NCBI GenBank assembly: GCA_040954595.2
Contig: CM082589.2
Span: 3,920,213-3,984,212 of the forward strand
Direction: 5' to 3'
From: Balanoglossus misakiensis
Lineage: Eukaryota; Animalia; Hemichordata
DNA length: 64,000 bases
The notes under the pieces are model-generated. The model ran no database searches, was not told where the DNA came from, and saw nothing but the letters and a program-made list of their open reading frames with translations. The stretch's first letter is position 1; each line of letters opens with the position of its first letter. This document shows positions 27,801 to 42,800 of the stretch, one piece after another. A program made the translations under genes and the position numbers.

Positions 27801-30800
27801 CATAGTCTGTGTCGGAGATCGGGAAAAGACAGCAAATTGGGTGAAAAGAAGGGACAAAACTAAAGTCTACTTATACGGTGCGCATGAAATGTGGAAGGAA
27901 GACGCCCAAATATTAGTTTAGGATCGAGTTTTCATCCTATCCCGTATCCTTTCAATTGCAAAGATCTGATTCAAACCCCCAAACGCGAATCCTCATCCTA
28001 TTAAAGACAGACTCGGTATTTCTCTTCAAACACTGGAGTATTGGCCAAAGGATTGGGACGGTTCCATTCAAGAACGTCTGTACACTTACAAATACGATTT
28101 CAATCCCAAAGCGGGAATCTTCTTCCTATTAAAACACAGACTCGGCATTTCTCTCAAAGATTCAAATATTGGTTCAGGATCGGGCCTTTTTGAAAATATG
28201 TAAAAATTTTAATAAGGTTTTCGAGAAGCGTACTATCCTATGGATATTGCTCGTCATTTCGCTTGCCGTCACTTAGCATGCTGTAGATGGCTTTGAACGG
28301 AACGGAAGACGAAGTCTACTGTTGCCGTGGCGACCAAACCGTGTCTCTACGGCAACGATGCCGGGATTAGTACGCATCGAAGAAGCCAAAGCTTCCGATC
28401 GACGGTGGGTGCTTTAAAAAAAACAGACACATCCGTCTTCATGTTTTATGTAAATTGGCTGTATTTTGACAACTCCAGAAGTTGCCCGAATAGAAGTGCC
28501 GTAGGGGATGTCGTCACACCCGCAGGGCATTTTGGGAATAACCAAATGCGCAGCGTGCGACGAAAAAAGGGATTCTTGCGACTCCAGTAACTCTAACACA
28601 ATCAGACAGAATCAGACGCTTTGAGACACAATTATTAAGCAAAATGCATTATTGGCGTTGCCCGTTTGCTTCTCTTTCTACTAAAAAGGACCAGAGAACG
28701 CTACGAAATAAACATCCCCTCTTTTCACAGCCATTATGGCTTCACTTCATGATTTTTATTCGAAACTAAGTGATTTACTGACTGCAAAGGAGTCCACCTT
28801 TGCACAAATTCCCGGGTGGTCGACACATCTTTTCATGGGTTAATTTTAAAATTTCCAAACGACATTCCTGCAGGGGAATTATGACGCAACAAGAAAGAAT
28901 TTAATTCAATAATCTTTTATACTCATGAAATAAGCTCAAAATAGTATTGTTCACTGGTGTTTGTGCTTTGCAATTGCATGCAATTGCTTTCATGAATTTC
29001 TTTTGCATACTGAGAAATAGTCTTCCAATGTAAGCTGATTGGCGGCGACTTTTGTCGAAGCTAATATATACGGTTGTCATTTACTGTGATGACACCGTCA
29101 TTGATTGATTGTGGGGTAAGGGGAAACGCTGGTATTCGATTTAAGTTTGGTTTTGTGGAGTTTGTGCTGTATATTGGCGTTTGCTCTCTTGTTATATGCT
29201 AGGATGCGTATATATATATTGTTTTCAATTTTCCACGTATCAACAGTAATGTAATATGCTAGATTATATTATACCAGTTTATTGATGGTGTAAATCACGC
29301 TATTTGATTGGTCGAGACACGACACGTGACCGTGATATATTAGCCATATACCACAGTCATATATCATAGTTAAAGAAAATGCCTTTTAAAAATGTTTTAT
29401 GCAAAGTTTCAATATACTGGCATAATATAATAGCAATAAAACACCCCCAGCCATGGTATACCACTCGATTTTGACCAGTTCAACTCCATATACGCACTCG
29501 CTATCGCTCGTGCGTATATGTCGTGAACTGGTCAAAATCTCGTGATATACCATGGCTGGGGGTGTTTTATTGCTTAATTAAATTACGAGTGAAAGATGTG
29601 ACGTTCTTATCACTAGGTATTGTCAGTACATGCCTCTTAATTCCTCGTGGATCGGCCCGATATTGTACTTTATCCCGGACCCTGCGATAAGACGCATCTT
29701 TATTGCCTGAGCGAGACACGTTCACTTGGTGGTAATCTAGTGGAAATCCCTTCACGGATAGGGTCTGTGTACGCGCTGGCATTTCCAGCGTGATTTGTTT
29801 TTTACACTGCGGGGAAGAAGGGCCCGAGACCCGCCTGTGATCCAAGAGGAGCAATTTAGACTATAGTCTGTTTCGCTTGGCATCGCCAACTTCCAGAAGG
29901 TGCTAACGCATCATTAACTGCTTGAATCCAACCTGTAAGCTTCGTGATCTCACAAGTTGATTTCGTTCAGGAATTTCTAGTATTTCAGTTCTCCAACAAA
30001 GCAATCGATTGGTTTTAATCACCGGCGGGTCTGCCTCGTATCGATCGTATTTCATCCGTCACGTCGCGCATGCAAGCTGCAGTCCTTATACAAATGCAGT
30101 TGCCGCCATACGAGAGAATGCTGGGACAAAGTTTGTATGCCAGTATGGCGCGTCACCTCTTCAACTGTAGGTGATTCTGGATCAATCTCTGACCCTGCGG
30201 ACGCAATTAATTTCTCGCCTTTTCGACAGACTTTGATGGTATTTACTCTATTATTCACGCTTCGGCCCACTCCACGAACGACTAGATAGCATGCCAACGC
30301 GCAACAGTTCTAACATGGCATTCGCGATAAATCATGATTGTGTTCCCATGTTATGATTTGATTATAACCAAGCTAACTCTATAATTTGCTGATACGCAAT
30401 AAAGCAACTGGAATTTCAAAGGTCATATGTAAACGTGACTGTTTTCAATATAAACAAGATAGTGAACCCAAAATACTATTATTGAATGAAAATATAAATA
30501 TGTTTGGATCTTCATCTCATATAGTCAGTGCCCTAGTTATTTTGAAAAACAATTACAACCCATATGACACGAATAAGTGTCTCTGCAAATGCACTCCAAA
30601 TAGTTTATGGCGGGTTTAATGGCACATTTTAGTTGCTGAGTGAGTGTAAAACATTAGATTGCAAAAACAGCGTACATTCAATATCCTTGAGATAGTCCTG
30701 CCGAATTTAATATGTCTTTCTGCACCAGATCGATATTCCCGATATCAGATGGCAGAAGGGCATAATCACGATTTTACCAATCATCTCTGCTAAAGCACGC

Positions 30801-33800
30801 AGTTCCCCATCAAATGAAAGAGGCGAGGGCATCTGCAATATGTTGACTTTTCACAAGAGAATAACAGCCTTGCGCGGGGAGATCGAATGTGTTAATTGTG
30901 TCATAACATGGTCGATGGTGGTATTTTTTGGTTATAGTTTCTATTATGGCTTGTTTCGTCGATCGCGGGCTTTGCATCAAGCTGCGTGTTCAACCCTGGT
31001 GTCTATTAACTCCGTCATCATCATGATCATCGAAATCCCTGCGCAGTCAGCCCATCTGATAGCCGAGCAGGTCAATGTCGCTCTGTCGGATGTTCTAGAT
31101 CAAATCTGCTTCGACGCTCACGCGCGCCGGAAATTACGCTGCTGCGCGCGGCCACGCTTCAACGCGCGGCCGGCGCGACTTCTCCTCCACGGATCACAGA
31201 CACACGGTCTGCCGATACGTTAGTTTGATTTGGCCGGATTGTCTCTAAGTAGGTGTGAGGCTTTTTCGCTCTCCATCTACGCACGGCTCACGATCACGAT
31301 GATAACGTTTTTTTTGTCCTTTTCAATAAATGTCTTGGGAACGCGGGTATAGTTTTGCTCGAGTGGCTTTGATACTTTTGGAAGTGGATGTATCGCTGTA
31401 ATGATCACAATGATTGTTTTCTTTCCTTCCTCGTTTTTCGCTAATTCAAAAAATAAATGGATTTCAAAGTGGTGGATGCCCACTGACCGTTCTTTAATCG
31501 ACAATCAACGATCGCGTAGCTATCTACAAATTTAAATATATATATATACCGTCATCGTGTAATCCCTACACGATGTGTGATGTCTATTGATAATAGTAAA
31601 CATTACTACATCGTTTGGACACGCGACGATCCCATGGGGCCGAGTAATGATATCGTCTTCGCGTTATCCGTATGTACAATTAATAGTCGCAAAATTACTA
31701 CGTTGTTTAAAAAGTGAAAAAAAAAACCTACTGGTCGGATCAGCTCATATGCTTGACCAACCGTGACGTTATGTATACAAGATAAAAGCGTGTACGTAAA
31801 TACAGACCCAATCGCGTTCATGAAAGCCAACCTCTTTTCCGCATTCATTGAGTGATTTAATGTGTCTTAAAAGGGATAGTCCCAAGACTACCTACAGTGG
31901 CTAACATCTCGCGTAGGTTTACAAGTAAGGTCTACACTAAGTGCATTAAACATGGCACTTAAGCCATCATTGTTGATGCTCTTGTAAACCACAAAAATCA
32001 ACAGTTCACAAAAATCTCTGCGACGTTATAGTAGATTATTTTGGGGATTTTTTATGCTTACAAATGGGATTAAGACTTCTCATAGGAATGGGGTTCTGCA
32101 TTGCTTCTTGAAATACGACGAATGAATGGACTGTGAATGGGAAGTCAGAAACGAAATACAATATCCTTAACAATAACCAGGGGCTGTGAAATTGAGCACT
32201 TTGTGAAGCATTTGACTCAAGTGGCCGCCAAAGCATTAAAAAGTGCACTTTTGTCGTCTGCGTCATAAAGTTACACTTTTTATAGTAAATCATAAAACGG
32301 CACTTTTTTAATATCAGCATCACCCGACTTGTCCGTTTTATCGCCCAGAAGACGTAAACGGCAAAAATTGGTTTGTTTTTATTCGGAGGTTTATCGCACA
32401 TCAGAATACATGAAGTACAAATTTTCACGGCGAATTACGACTATTTACATCATTGTTCCACAGTATGGTGATAATCGGAGCACTAAATGCAACAAGGGCA
32501 CATTTGGTCGTCAAGGCGGGAAAAGTTAAGAGATCGTTAATCACAAGGTTGTACAAACACACGGCATTTATAACCTGAAAAGGTGACGAACCTTACAAGT
32601 AGCTAGCATAATGATATCGGGTAAATTTGCTCTATCATACTTTCACACCGTGACGACCAGCCACGCATTCGGTGAATCCCCAGAGAGCGTAAAAGAAGAT
32701 ATTACTCGTTTTTCTTTTCATGATACATTTTGCGGCCATCTTATATTGTTATCGCCATATGAGGAATGTGCCCGTGCGTCACTTCCTGTCCAAAAGGGAA
32801 ATGCCAGTAAATTGCGTGTTTCACGCTTCCTGCGGTAAATCTGAAGTATATCATTAATTTCATTTCTGAAAGTCGAGTCTTCCGATTTATAGTGATTATT
32901 GCTGATGATATACAAATGAACATCGGTTCACGTTCAAGGTTGGTTTGTTGATACAGTATTTTTTTTCATATGTGCATAATAATACGCAGAAGCTATACAT
33001 GTCGGTTTCCATTGCCTGGTCTTTTCAACCAGTAGGACATATACTTATCTTAAACACTATGTAATACGGCTAATCCGCGCATAGTTCTCCGGCAAGAGGT
33101 GAGATTATCATTAAGCCCTGTGATCACGACGCCGAAACTTGTTATTCTGAGTAAGCCAGTTTTGAAAAGACGGCAGTAATAACTCAATAAAATTGCAAAG
33201 TGGGATTGACTGAAGAGACGGATCTCAATCTCTGGTGCCCAGCGCCTTCATTAGAGCGGCAACCTTCAAACGCTTCCCGATGGCTGCATGATTGATAGCT
33301 AACGGATGTAAATCAAGGCGTTATTTTTCGGATTCTTGGTTTCATTACGCCGTGATTATGTGTATTTTTTTCAATATATCGTTTCTGCGACAATGAACCC
33401 TCGACGACACTTCCACTTTCCGAAACCATCTTAAGGACTTTGTGGTTTTAACCAACGTTGACGGTTGATGCGTTTTCTGAAACCCGTAGGGACTGCTTCC
33501 ATGCGGTGCTGCTGCCTCTTGCGGTATTCGACCCCTGATCAAACCCCTATCAACTGATCACTAGTGAATGGTATAGTACCATTTCAGCGAGGAGATTATG
33601 GCAATGGTACTTTTGCCCAACAAAGCGTATCAGTAATCATTTCAATAAAACAAACTGTCACATCGAAGTACTCGCACATGTCAAGGTATCCGGGTAAAGT
33701 AAATTCGCTTCAACGTACCGCTCAGTTTGAATTATCATTTTTATAGCGAAGTGCTTTTTGAGGAAAGTTCGCTTTAATCATTTTCTTCAAACGCTGCCAT

Positions 33801-36800
33801 AGCCCACCTAAGAGCTGGGTGTTATTACGGACGGGTGCAGTATATACGTTTCGGACATGTGATTTTATTTCAAATAAGATTGTATGGGTCGCTGTCTTAA
33901 TTCATGTCGTCATTCTTTTTAGCAGACGCTGCAAATGATATGGAAATGGTGCCTCTTAATTGTTAATGCTTCTTGCGTGTGACTAGCGCTAGTCGTTGCT
34001 ATGCTTGCACAGCTTACATCAGTTTGGTCACATGACTCAAGGTCGTGATGACCTCCCCCGCCTTAGTGACGCTTCTCTTAGATTCAGTTTCACTTCATCT
34101 CCAGAGAGAATCAGGCAGACGGGCAGACAGACATTGACAGACAGACAAGATAGATATTGTTCTGAATAATGGTGAATTCTATAACTCTATCAGCATTTGA
34201 GTAAAATGACATCTACCAGTTTTTGATTGCGTGGACAAAAGCTTGGGTGACGTAACAAATAGCGGAGACAGGCAAACTCGAAGTGCGCATTCTTCTAGAT
34301 TTATATTCGATCAATCCGTGCTTAACACGTTCATTTCATCAATTTTGATTTTAAATGTCATTTCGTGAAATTGGCCGAGCACTGGTTGGCCGACAATTTC
34401 CGAACAACCAGTCAATGTAATACAACGGATAAACAAACGACCCCTGTTGTCCATCTCCGCATCATCAGTGAAATCCAATTCATATGCAAGCCACATTTAG
34501 CTATGCCAACGGTATTAATATTTATATGTTAAATTAAGAGGAACTTAATACTTCGTAAAGCGAGACTTTTGCTTAATTGTGTGTGGGCGCCCCAAATTGA
34601 TCAATTGAACCTGCGATTTAACCTTTCCAGAAATTGTACATCTCTGCGTTTGGGTATCACTTCCATTCAGCTGGTCGAGAATTGACATCTAAGCAGCAGG
34701 AGTTGATCCGGTGCAAGGAATATCAATGGGATTGGAATGTGTAACTGTTTAAGCCATACCCAGCAGAGAAACACGGGTTGTATGTCATCTACACTGCAGG
34801 AACTGACAAACAACGTGATCAGCCAAAATATTTTTTTAAAAGTGTAATGAAGTAATGTTCCTATTTTAAGATAAAAATTGCTTGTAAATAGTCTGGACGT
34901 CATAACATGAGTAGACAATTCATTCTGCAGTTATCAACTGGCACAATACGCCCAGGTATGCGATGCACAGGCCTATAAGCTCCTGGATTATTTATGAGAG
35001 ATATGGGTTATATACAGAAGCAACTTTTATACCCTCACCGGGGGTGCCACCACCAACACGTCAAGCATTCCTGTTTGATCCGGTGAAAACAGCACTTGAT
35101 CCAACAAAACCGGTGGATTACTGTTTCTGCCATTCACACATTTTGATACATGCGAGATTGGGCAAGGGACCAGATAAGCCGACCACCACAGGCATTCAAG
35201 GCGCGCCGCTGAAATCCAACCTATACCCCCATGCCGTTAAAAGGGAAATCATATCAGTGCAGGGTTCAACGGGGGTTACAACTCTTGTCAATCACGCTGA
35301 TAACATTTGTTTTCTCCATGGCTACTCTGTACAGTTCGTCGTTAGCTAATGGGGCGCACAGAAACAATATTTCTACAAAAAGGGAACGATAAAAGAGCTT
35401 TTAGCAACCGTGAAAAGACAACGCCTTTGAAATACATACTTCAGTATCGTTCCATAATTTCCGCTGTGTTATATATTGCCTCTTTATCTGACACGTTTAA
35501 TATTTTTCGTTCCAGTCAATGCTGATCTGTGCATTTTTTTAAATCAGTTCAAATTTCCCTTCAGATTTTATACATATGTAATAACTTGTCTCACTTGGCC
35601 AGCAGCTGTTGCTACGGTAATAAACCAAGTCGCGCGAGATCTCGCAATGGGCGGAAAACGATCTATATGCGGAGGTTGACAATAATGCTATTCAGAATAC
35701 AGTCATTAATTCATTCTTTAAAACGTGGTCCCAAAAGTCTCGCTGATGTTAGTTACTAATCTGTCATTATGTTCAACCAACGGACCTTGATACATTGCTT
35801 AATCAAAAAGATTCATACAAGCTTGCGTTGAGGTGAACATTCAGATACTTATCAGGACCCAGGGTGACTGAAATTTATCTTTGCAACAATGGCGCCAAAA
35901 TTTCCTTTGAGGCAGATTAGGAACTCGTACACTTTTAGATTTCATAATACGACTGTGCCTTTGTAAGTTTCGGCTCATAACCAGAATGATCCACTTTTCG
36001 GCTTTTTTTCTCTCTCCGTCAGCATTTCTTGAAAATAAGAAAACATTTTTTCTTCTGACATTTCTCCGATGCGCATGGTGTATTTTTCTATCCCATTACT
36101 TAAGGGTCGTTAGACTTTTCTGAACACGGGGTACAGCTATGTAAGCTATTTGTATCTGTCTTTCTTGAAGGTAATGACAAGGAAATGCGTCTGTTCGGCT
36201 GATGTAAATGAAACTTGTGGTACCATTACAAAAACAAGATTCGCGGGGTCATAGGTTAACATGCGTGTAATTACCTCATCTCGGGCCGCGTAATGAAGTC
36301 GTTGAAGTCATCCATCGTTTGGAGATTTTTTTTTATAAAACTGAAGCGGTGCGAGATCTTGCGAGTGGCATTTTTCCGAGTCGGTGAAGTGAAGCGGACG
36401 TAGTGTAATTTCGTCTTATAATGATTGTTAACAAGCGTCGAGTCTTTAATTGACTGCAATCGCGTGTATGTGCGCGCGCCCTGAACTGCCAGCGAATTGT
36501 CATTCACTGATTCATGACACTTTCTGCCTAACGACGAATTACCTTTTCAGAATTTCAGAAGAACATATACACGTTGAAGCTATCGATTGAAACGGGCCTT
36601 TTACCCTTTTAAGCTGGATTGGTTAATGGCAGAGGTTTCCAATTTCGACGAGCAGAGTTCGAGCAAACAATAGATCATGTCATTTGGTGAAATCTTGGAC
36701 GGACTCTGTAATTGAGGACAGCTCTGAAGTAGTTCAGGTTGTGCGGCCTTCAGGTTCTTGATCGATACTGCGTTCATCATTAAAACGCAACTGATTTATA

Positions 36801-39800
36801 GTGCGCGCGTCCGCTGCAATGATGTCGTGAAGTAACGCTGTCCTGGTGGGCGAAAATTAGCGTTCCTCTGTGCTAGGTCGATACGAAGGCCACCAAAATC
36901 AAAGGTGGGGCAGTACACCCACGTACCAAAGTCGTTGCAGGATTAAAGCCCCAGTAGCTGCCACTTTTAGCAGATTTTCAGTTGATGAAACACTTCAACC
37001 TTCTCCTTATCCAGTTGCAGAGAACACCAACCAAGCTCACACCTGCGTCTTATTTGTAGATAGCCGCGTTCAGAAAACTACATCATAAAATACATGCCGT
37101 TTTCACGTTCTTTCAAACAGAAGACTTATTGCCAGCTTCGCTAATATGTAGTGACTTTTACGTCTCAACAAGTCTTGGTTGCAAAAGGGCAAGATAAATC
37201 AAACATCGGCGTGTCGTGACCCAGCCTGTGCAATGCTCCCGATTCCTCGGCTAATATTAGCTCGATGTCGGTCATGCGCATTAACGGAGGTGACACCAAT
37301 ATAACGCATAGAAATCCTCGATGAAATGCGCTTGTATTATTTCCAAATCGTAAACAAGTTTAAAGCCCCTATGATTATCCTGCAGGCCGCTTTTTGTAAC
37401 AACTCCCGAAGAACGCACCAGTGTGATATGAATTTTAAGTGATTTTTGGTTCATATTATATTTTTGCTCAACCAATTCGTAACGCAAACACAGAGACCAA
37501 ACACCTATACGCGTCCTGAATTGGTGTATTAACAATTAAAGACAATTCTGAATTGGTAACGGCGGATATTCGCTATACAATTTCACGCCTGGTCGATTTA
37601 TTGGCGAGGCTTTCGCCTCCGTGGTATGACTCAGGTCCCGTGTGGAGAATTCCATCAAACTCTCGTCAGGTGCCTGCGCCGCTAGCAGAATGTAGATCAC
37701 TGGTCTTTGACACCGAACTTCCAAGGTCCAAACGAAGGCATCAATAATTGCGTGTTTTCACTCTATATGTACATGTATATGATTTTAGCTCCAAGCGTGT
37801 CGATTCAATGTACACGTTTAGAGATGTTTATGTGATCTAGACATTGTATGTCTACTCAGCGCCAACATTACTGCCAGAAATCGAAGAAAAACAATGCTTA
37901 TTGCGGTTTTGTTTTAAATTGCAGTTCAACTTGTATTTATATATTTTAACTGCACATGTACATGTGTGTATATTCTAATACGCCCAGTTTTGCGGAGGAG
38001 GAATTGAAAGGTACTAGCAGGTGGCGTTGATGTGTTGTTGAAATGTATAATTGTCACCAGATATAACACCAATGTTCCTCGCAGATGAATTAGCTTCCCC
38101 GATACTCGAACAGGTGTTGCTGTCAGTGAGAGGCGGTAGCAAACGACCGAATTTGAAACGAAATAAAATTACTTCTGTGGCCTTCAAATCGTTTGGCATC
38201 GTTTTCTGTTGTGTCATTAAACTCATAACCTCATTTGCAGATACATGTGTAACAGACGTGGGTTACGCAGCACCTACACATTGGCATGGGAGATTCTAGA
38301 TTTAGGTCAATACTAAAGACAATGGGATCGATAGGTTTAAAGATGCGATTCATTTCATATGCCTCGATTGTACAATGGATAAAGGGGGGGGGGGTTCTCT
38401 AGTGTTTGTCACTTCATTGAATATCGGTTAGCAGAAAGGCCTAAATACCGAAGGACCACGAATATACATTGTAGTAAAGCTAACACAATTTCCACTATAG
38501 CCATTGCGACTTCGACATTACATCTTTGCACATGAACGCGATTCTGAAACAGGCTGTTCGTTTAGGCGTTCAGATCTAAGTCACCGGGTTTTCGTTCGTG
38601 ACCTCGAACCGGCACGCTTATCCCCAACAGCGATAACCGATAAATTCATAAATGAAACTGTGTCATACTCGGGGGGAAAAGTGAATTATTGACGACATCC
38701 CCGATATTTGATGCCGTAAACCAGTAGCAGCAGGAAATTGGCAACTGCACGGACGGCTCTTAAAACAACTAATTTGGAAGCGTATCCCCGAACCGTCATG
38801 AAATTGAAACGGCAAACATCACACGTGAAACAGTGTATGATTAACATCAAAGGGGAGGGGGGGGGGATGAATTGTTGAAAACTCCCCTCGAGTAGATGTT
38901 TAAACGATTTTGAAACTAATCCACGAGGCTATACCCCGCCACTTAATTCTATAAAATTACTGCCCGCCCATATAATAGAGCTACCCGTTAAATGCCAAGC
39001 CGATTTCTCGCAAAAGCCTCGCTTTTAATTTAGAACGAGAGGTTGACTGAAATACTGTTTTCTCAGCTAAACACTGCCGTCGCGGCGAGTTGATTTACGA
39101 AAATTGATTGGTATTCCTTGCGCGCGAACACGAGTTTGAGCCCAAAGCGAAATAGTTTACTATCTACAGACACGCGTAGGGGTCGACATAGGGTCAGCGA
39201 GAGTTCGCTGCTTTTATGAACAATTTTATAAATCAGCAGTTCTGAAGTGAAAATATTGACTTCCTAATGCTTAGCGAACTGAATTCAAAGGGCACAGTAT
39301 CATAAATTAGTCATCTCTCGATTACATCGCACTGATATAGTTTTCACAACATCGACGAAAACATTACTTCGCGTGACTGTTTCGTCGGGGATTCCAGTTA
39401 AACAGTATAAAGTAAACAACCGTGGTGTTCTTGTGTTATTTTTCACCCAATCGTTGAGTTTTTAAGGTTACTGTACTTTGCAATTAGTGATTTGAATAAG
39501 GGCATTTACTAATGCTATTTTTCTGTCGGGGGTGCATTATAGTCAGTCATCATTTCCCACATTTTCAGGGACGACGCTGTGTGTGGTGATTGAGCTAACG
39601 AGAACAGAGACCCCATCACCGAAGCCAGAGTAAACTCTTCTGAGAAATCCATATTTGAGCGAAAACAGTCAATGAAAAGACACAATGCGCCCCCTGGTGG
39701 CTCGAAATCTCGGTCGACAACAAAGTCCTCGCGTGAACTTGAATTGCCTCAGGCATGAGGTCTGAAAAACACAAAGTGTGTCGCGGTTCTATCAGGGGAT

Positions 39801-42800
39801 AATTGCCACAAAGTGATGAGAGCAACCGTACTGTGTTGAGATAGAACGCTTTCAATTTCATGGCTGGTGTGCCCTCCAAGCCAATAGTGCTATCTGACAC
39901 CTGTGTGCAGATTCTGAAAGACTGACCCAGCATGAGGACAGTGCTGATATTTTACACAGCACGCACCACTGATAATTTGGCCAACACTTTTCTCACAAAT
40001 GAACATTAAATATACCATTAACTTTCTTATTAGAAAAAAAAACAGATTGAACATTGTGAACTTCCATTAAAGAGCAACACCGATCATGATCCAATCAAAC
40101 GATGTACATTGTACGTGTATCGAGATTTTGAAATTCAAGATGGCCGCCAATCTCAGTAATATATAATACATAATGAACCGTTCTGCGCAACGTGCACGCG
40201 CATCCAAACACCGTATATGGCGACTCACATTCGCTGCACGCAGAGTCCTTCATTACTTACTACTCATTAAAACAATTTTCAACTCGTCCGGCGAGAGCTG
40301 TCAGTTAAGCCAGCACCGCGCTTTGTTAATTTAATAGGTCGGTCAGCGCTAAACCATGATTCAATTCATTAGGACGCATGCTCGTTGCGATGCAATCAAG
40401 TTCAAAACTGAGACTGACAGACTCCAACCGGGAGTGAGAGATATTTTGACTGAATGATTGCATGTTAGTGGACTTAAGTGACACTTGATGATCTTTGCAC
40501 ATTTTCCGACCGACAAATCAATCGTCTTAATTTGAAGACTCCGCCTAATTCGAACCAAAAAGACTTCGCTTATGATTAAATTGCTCCTACACATCCAAGA
40601 GTATAAATTCTGAGATTTTCACATGTATTGAACGCTAGCTCAAAAGTAGAAATGATCATAATTGTGGAGTTCATCCCTGATTCGTGTTACGCAAGACGAA
40701 AAAGACGTGCGCACCAATAAAACTGAAGCGGGTGTTGCGACAATTAATTTAGAGACTTACATTTATACACATATATCAGGCATCGGGATCCAATTTTCCG
40801 CCATTGCAACTTCAGGAGATCGGAGCAATCACAAATAAAATTGTATTAAAGTGGGTCTAATTACTAACGGCAAAATGAATTGGACTTTTTAAAACTAATA
40901 GGGTTGTCAATGTTATGATTGCGGGAGGCACGACATTGTTCAAGATTGAAGTCGACTCAACGACCGTTCTAGGACACGTCAGTGTATAATTCAGCATAGA
41001 GAAGTTATTTGAACGAGCAAAATTGACTTTAATCTCCGTAAATTTACGACACTCGACTGCGCCTTGTTTCCATTTAATTATGACCAGAGCTTTGCACGCA
41101 AACCAGACATGTGTAGCTTTGTCAATGTAGCTGTAGACATTTGTCAGTGATCTACATAGTTTTATCATGGACTTTTTTTTACACTGAGTAGGTCAAGCCA
41201 AACGGATTCTTGTGATGCCTAGCGTGAGTGAGCGGTACGATTGAACGTGATCTTAATACTGTTCAGTCATCCAGTTTGATAAGACGTTGCTAATGCCCCT
41301 CTGAGCCTAGGCAGGATTCAGTGAATGCTCGGAATCTCAAACACAACAGGCGAACTGTATCGCTCGCGTCTAGCTGTAAGAAGCAATTTGTAGCGTGTGA
41401 TAATCTTCCAGACTTGCACGAACTACACCAGTCTGTCGACTGTGTTCAGATTTGATTACAGATTGTACTAACGAGTGACGCAAACTTCGAATAGCAGTCT
41501 CTGTTCGTTGCTTCGTTGAATCCAACGCCATTTTTTCGACATAATTTGTGGGAATCGCACCTTCATATTTTAAAAACTCTAACTGCAATGGTCCCGATAG
41601 AAACGAAGCGCAAACAATTATCATTTACGGCGAATTTCATCGACATATTTCTAGTATACGTCATTGATCGACTGATATTTGTGTAAGTCGCCACAATACA
41701 ATAATAGATTATGTCATATATATATCTTTTACCAGTTAGAGCAGAATATGAATTTTTTTTATGTATTTACACCTGAGCGAATACAATTATCATTTTCCTA
41801 TATATAATATGAAATCGAGAAGGATAGCAACCACAAGTGGATTTTAATGGCGAAATTGGAAAGTCGTGTTAGGTTTTTCTAAAGATGTATTGATTAATGC
41901 TATGGTTTAACGTGCAAAGGCAATATAGGAGAAAATAATGGAATTACTTGGAATCAATGATCCTTCAATGGGTTACGTACATTTTGCCCGAGGATGAGGT
42001 AGATTCAATATCATTTTAATTGTATGTAATACATATTCTTCGAGTTATCAATCACCAACTTAGGTAGCCCCCCTGCATTGTAGGTAGCGCGAATAGATTT
42101 CGGTTTCTTACAGTTTCTAACCGACGTTGGTCGATGCAGAATACTTTAAGGATAGCATGATAAGTTAATTTCCTCTTCTAAAATGCACAATAAGATAGAG
42201 CTCCATTGAGCAAATATTTATGAAATGCGTGAGAAAAAACGGAATTCTCATAAAAGCTTATATTTAATAGAATTCCGACGCGCGCAAAAACGTACGTGAC
42301 ACAATAAAAAACGTCTTATGAATAGCTCACGACAGAAAATGGTGTACACGTGTTTTTCCATGGAATGGCTGATCGAAATTAAGGGATGTAGACGTGGTGA
42401 TTGTGCGAGTCCGCTGTGCCTTCGACATCACACTGTAGCATAAAAATTGTAAGACAAATACAATAACCTCGAACAGTCTCGCGCGTTTGACATTCGGTTA
42501 AATACCAGAGTATATATAATAACTATTCCACCAATTATGGGAGGGGACCTTCACGGAAAGCGATATCTAATGACGTGGAACGCCAAAACAGGGAAATGCT
42601 TTTAAGTTAGCTCGGGCATATGCTTTTGAAAAGAAATTTTTGATTGGCAAGATTTCCATGATTTTCGCGTCGGTTCGCGTGCACGACGCGGGGCTAAATT
42701 GATGCTATTTCATGCTTGAAACTCTAATAGTGGTTTTAACGTAGCAACATGCGCGCGAGACGTGACTACAGAAGAGCCCTTCTTTCCGCCTGTCTCGCGC

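Noticed and set aside
38590-38640. GGTTCGA B-box-like motif on the minus strand as tRNA/SINE
   Set aside because: No A box at the proper spacing and no cloverleaf.
38382-38870. Poly-G runs (also poly-C at ~52092) as G-quadruplex elements
   Set aside because: Isolated homopolymers, common in such genomes, with no supporting context.
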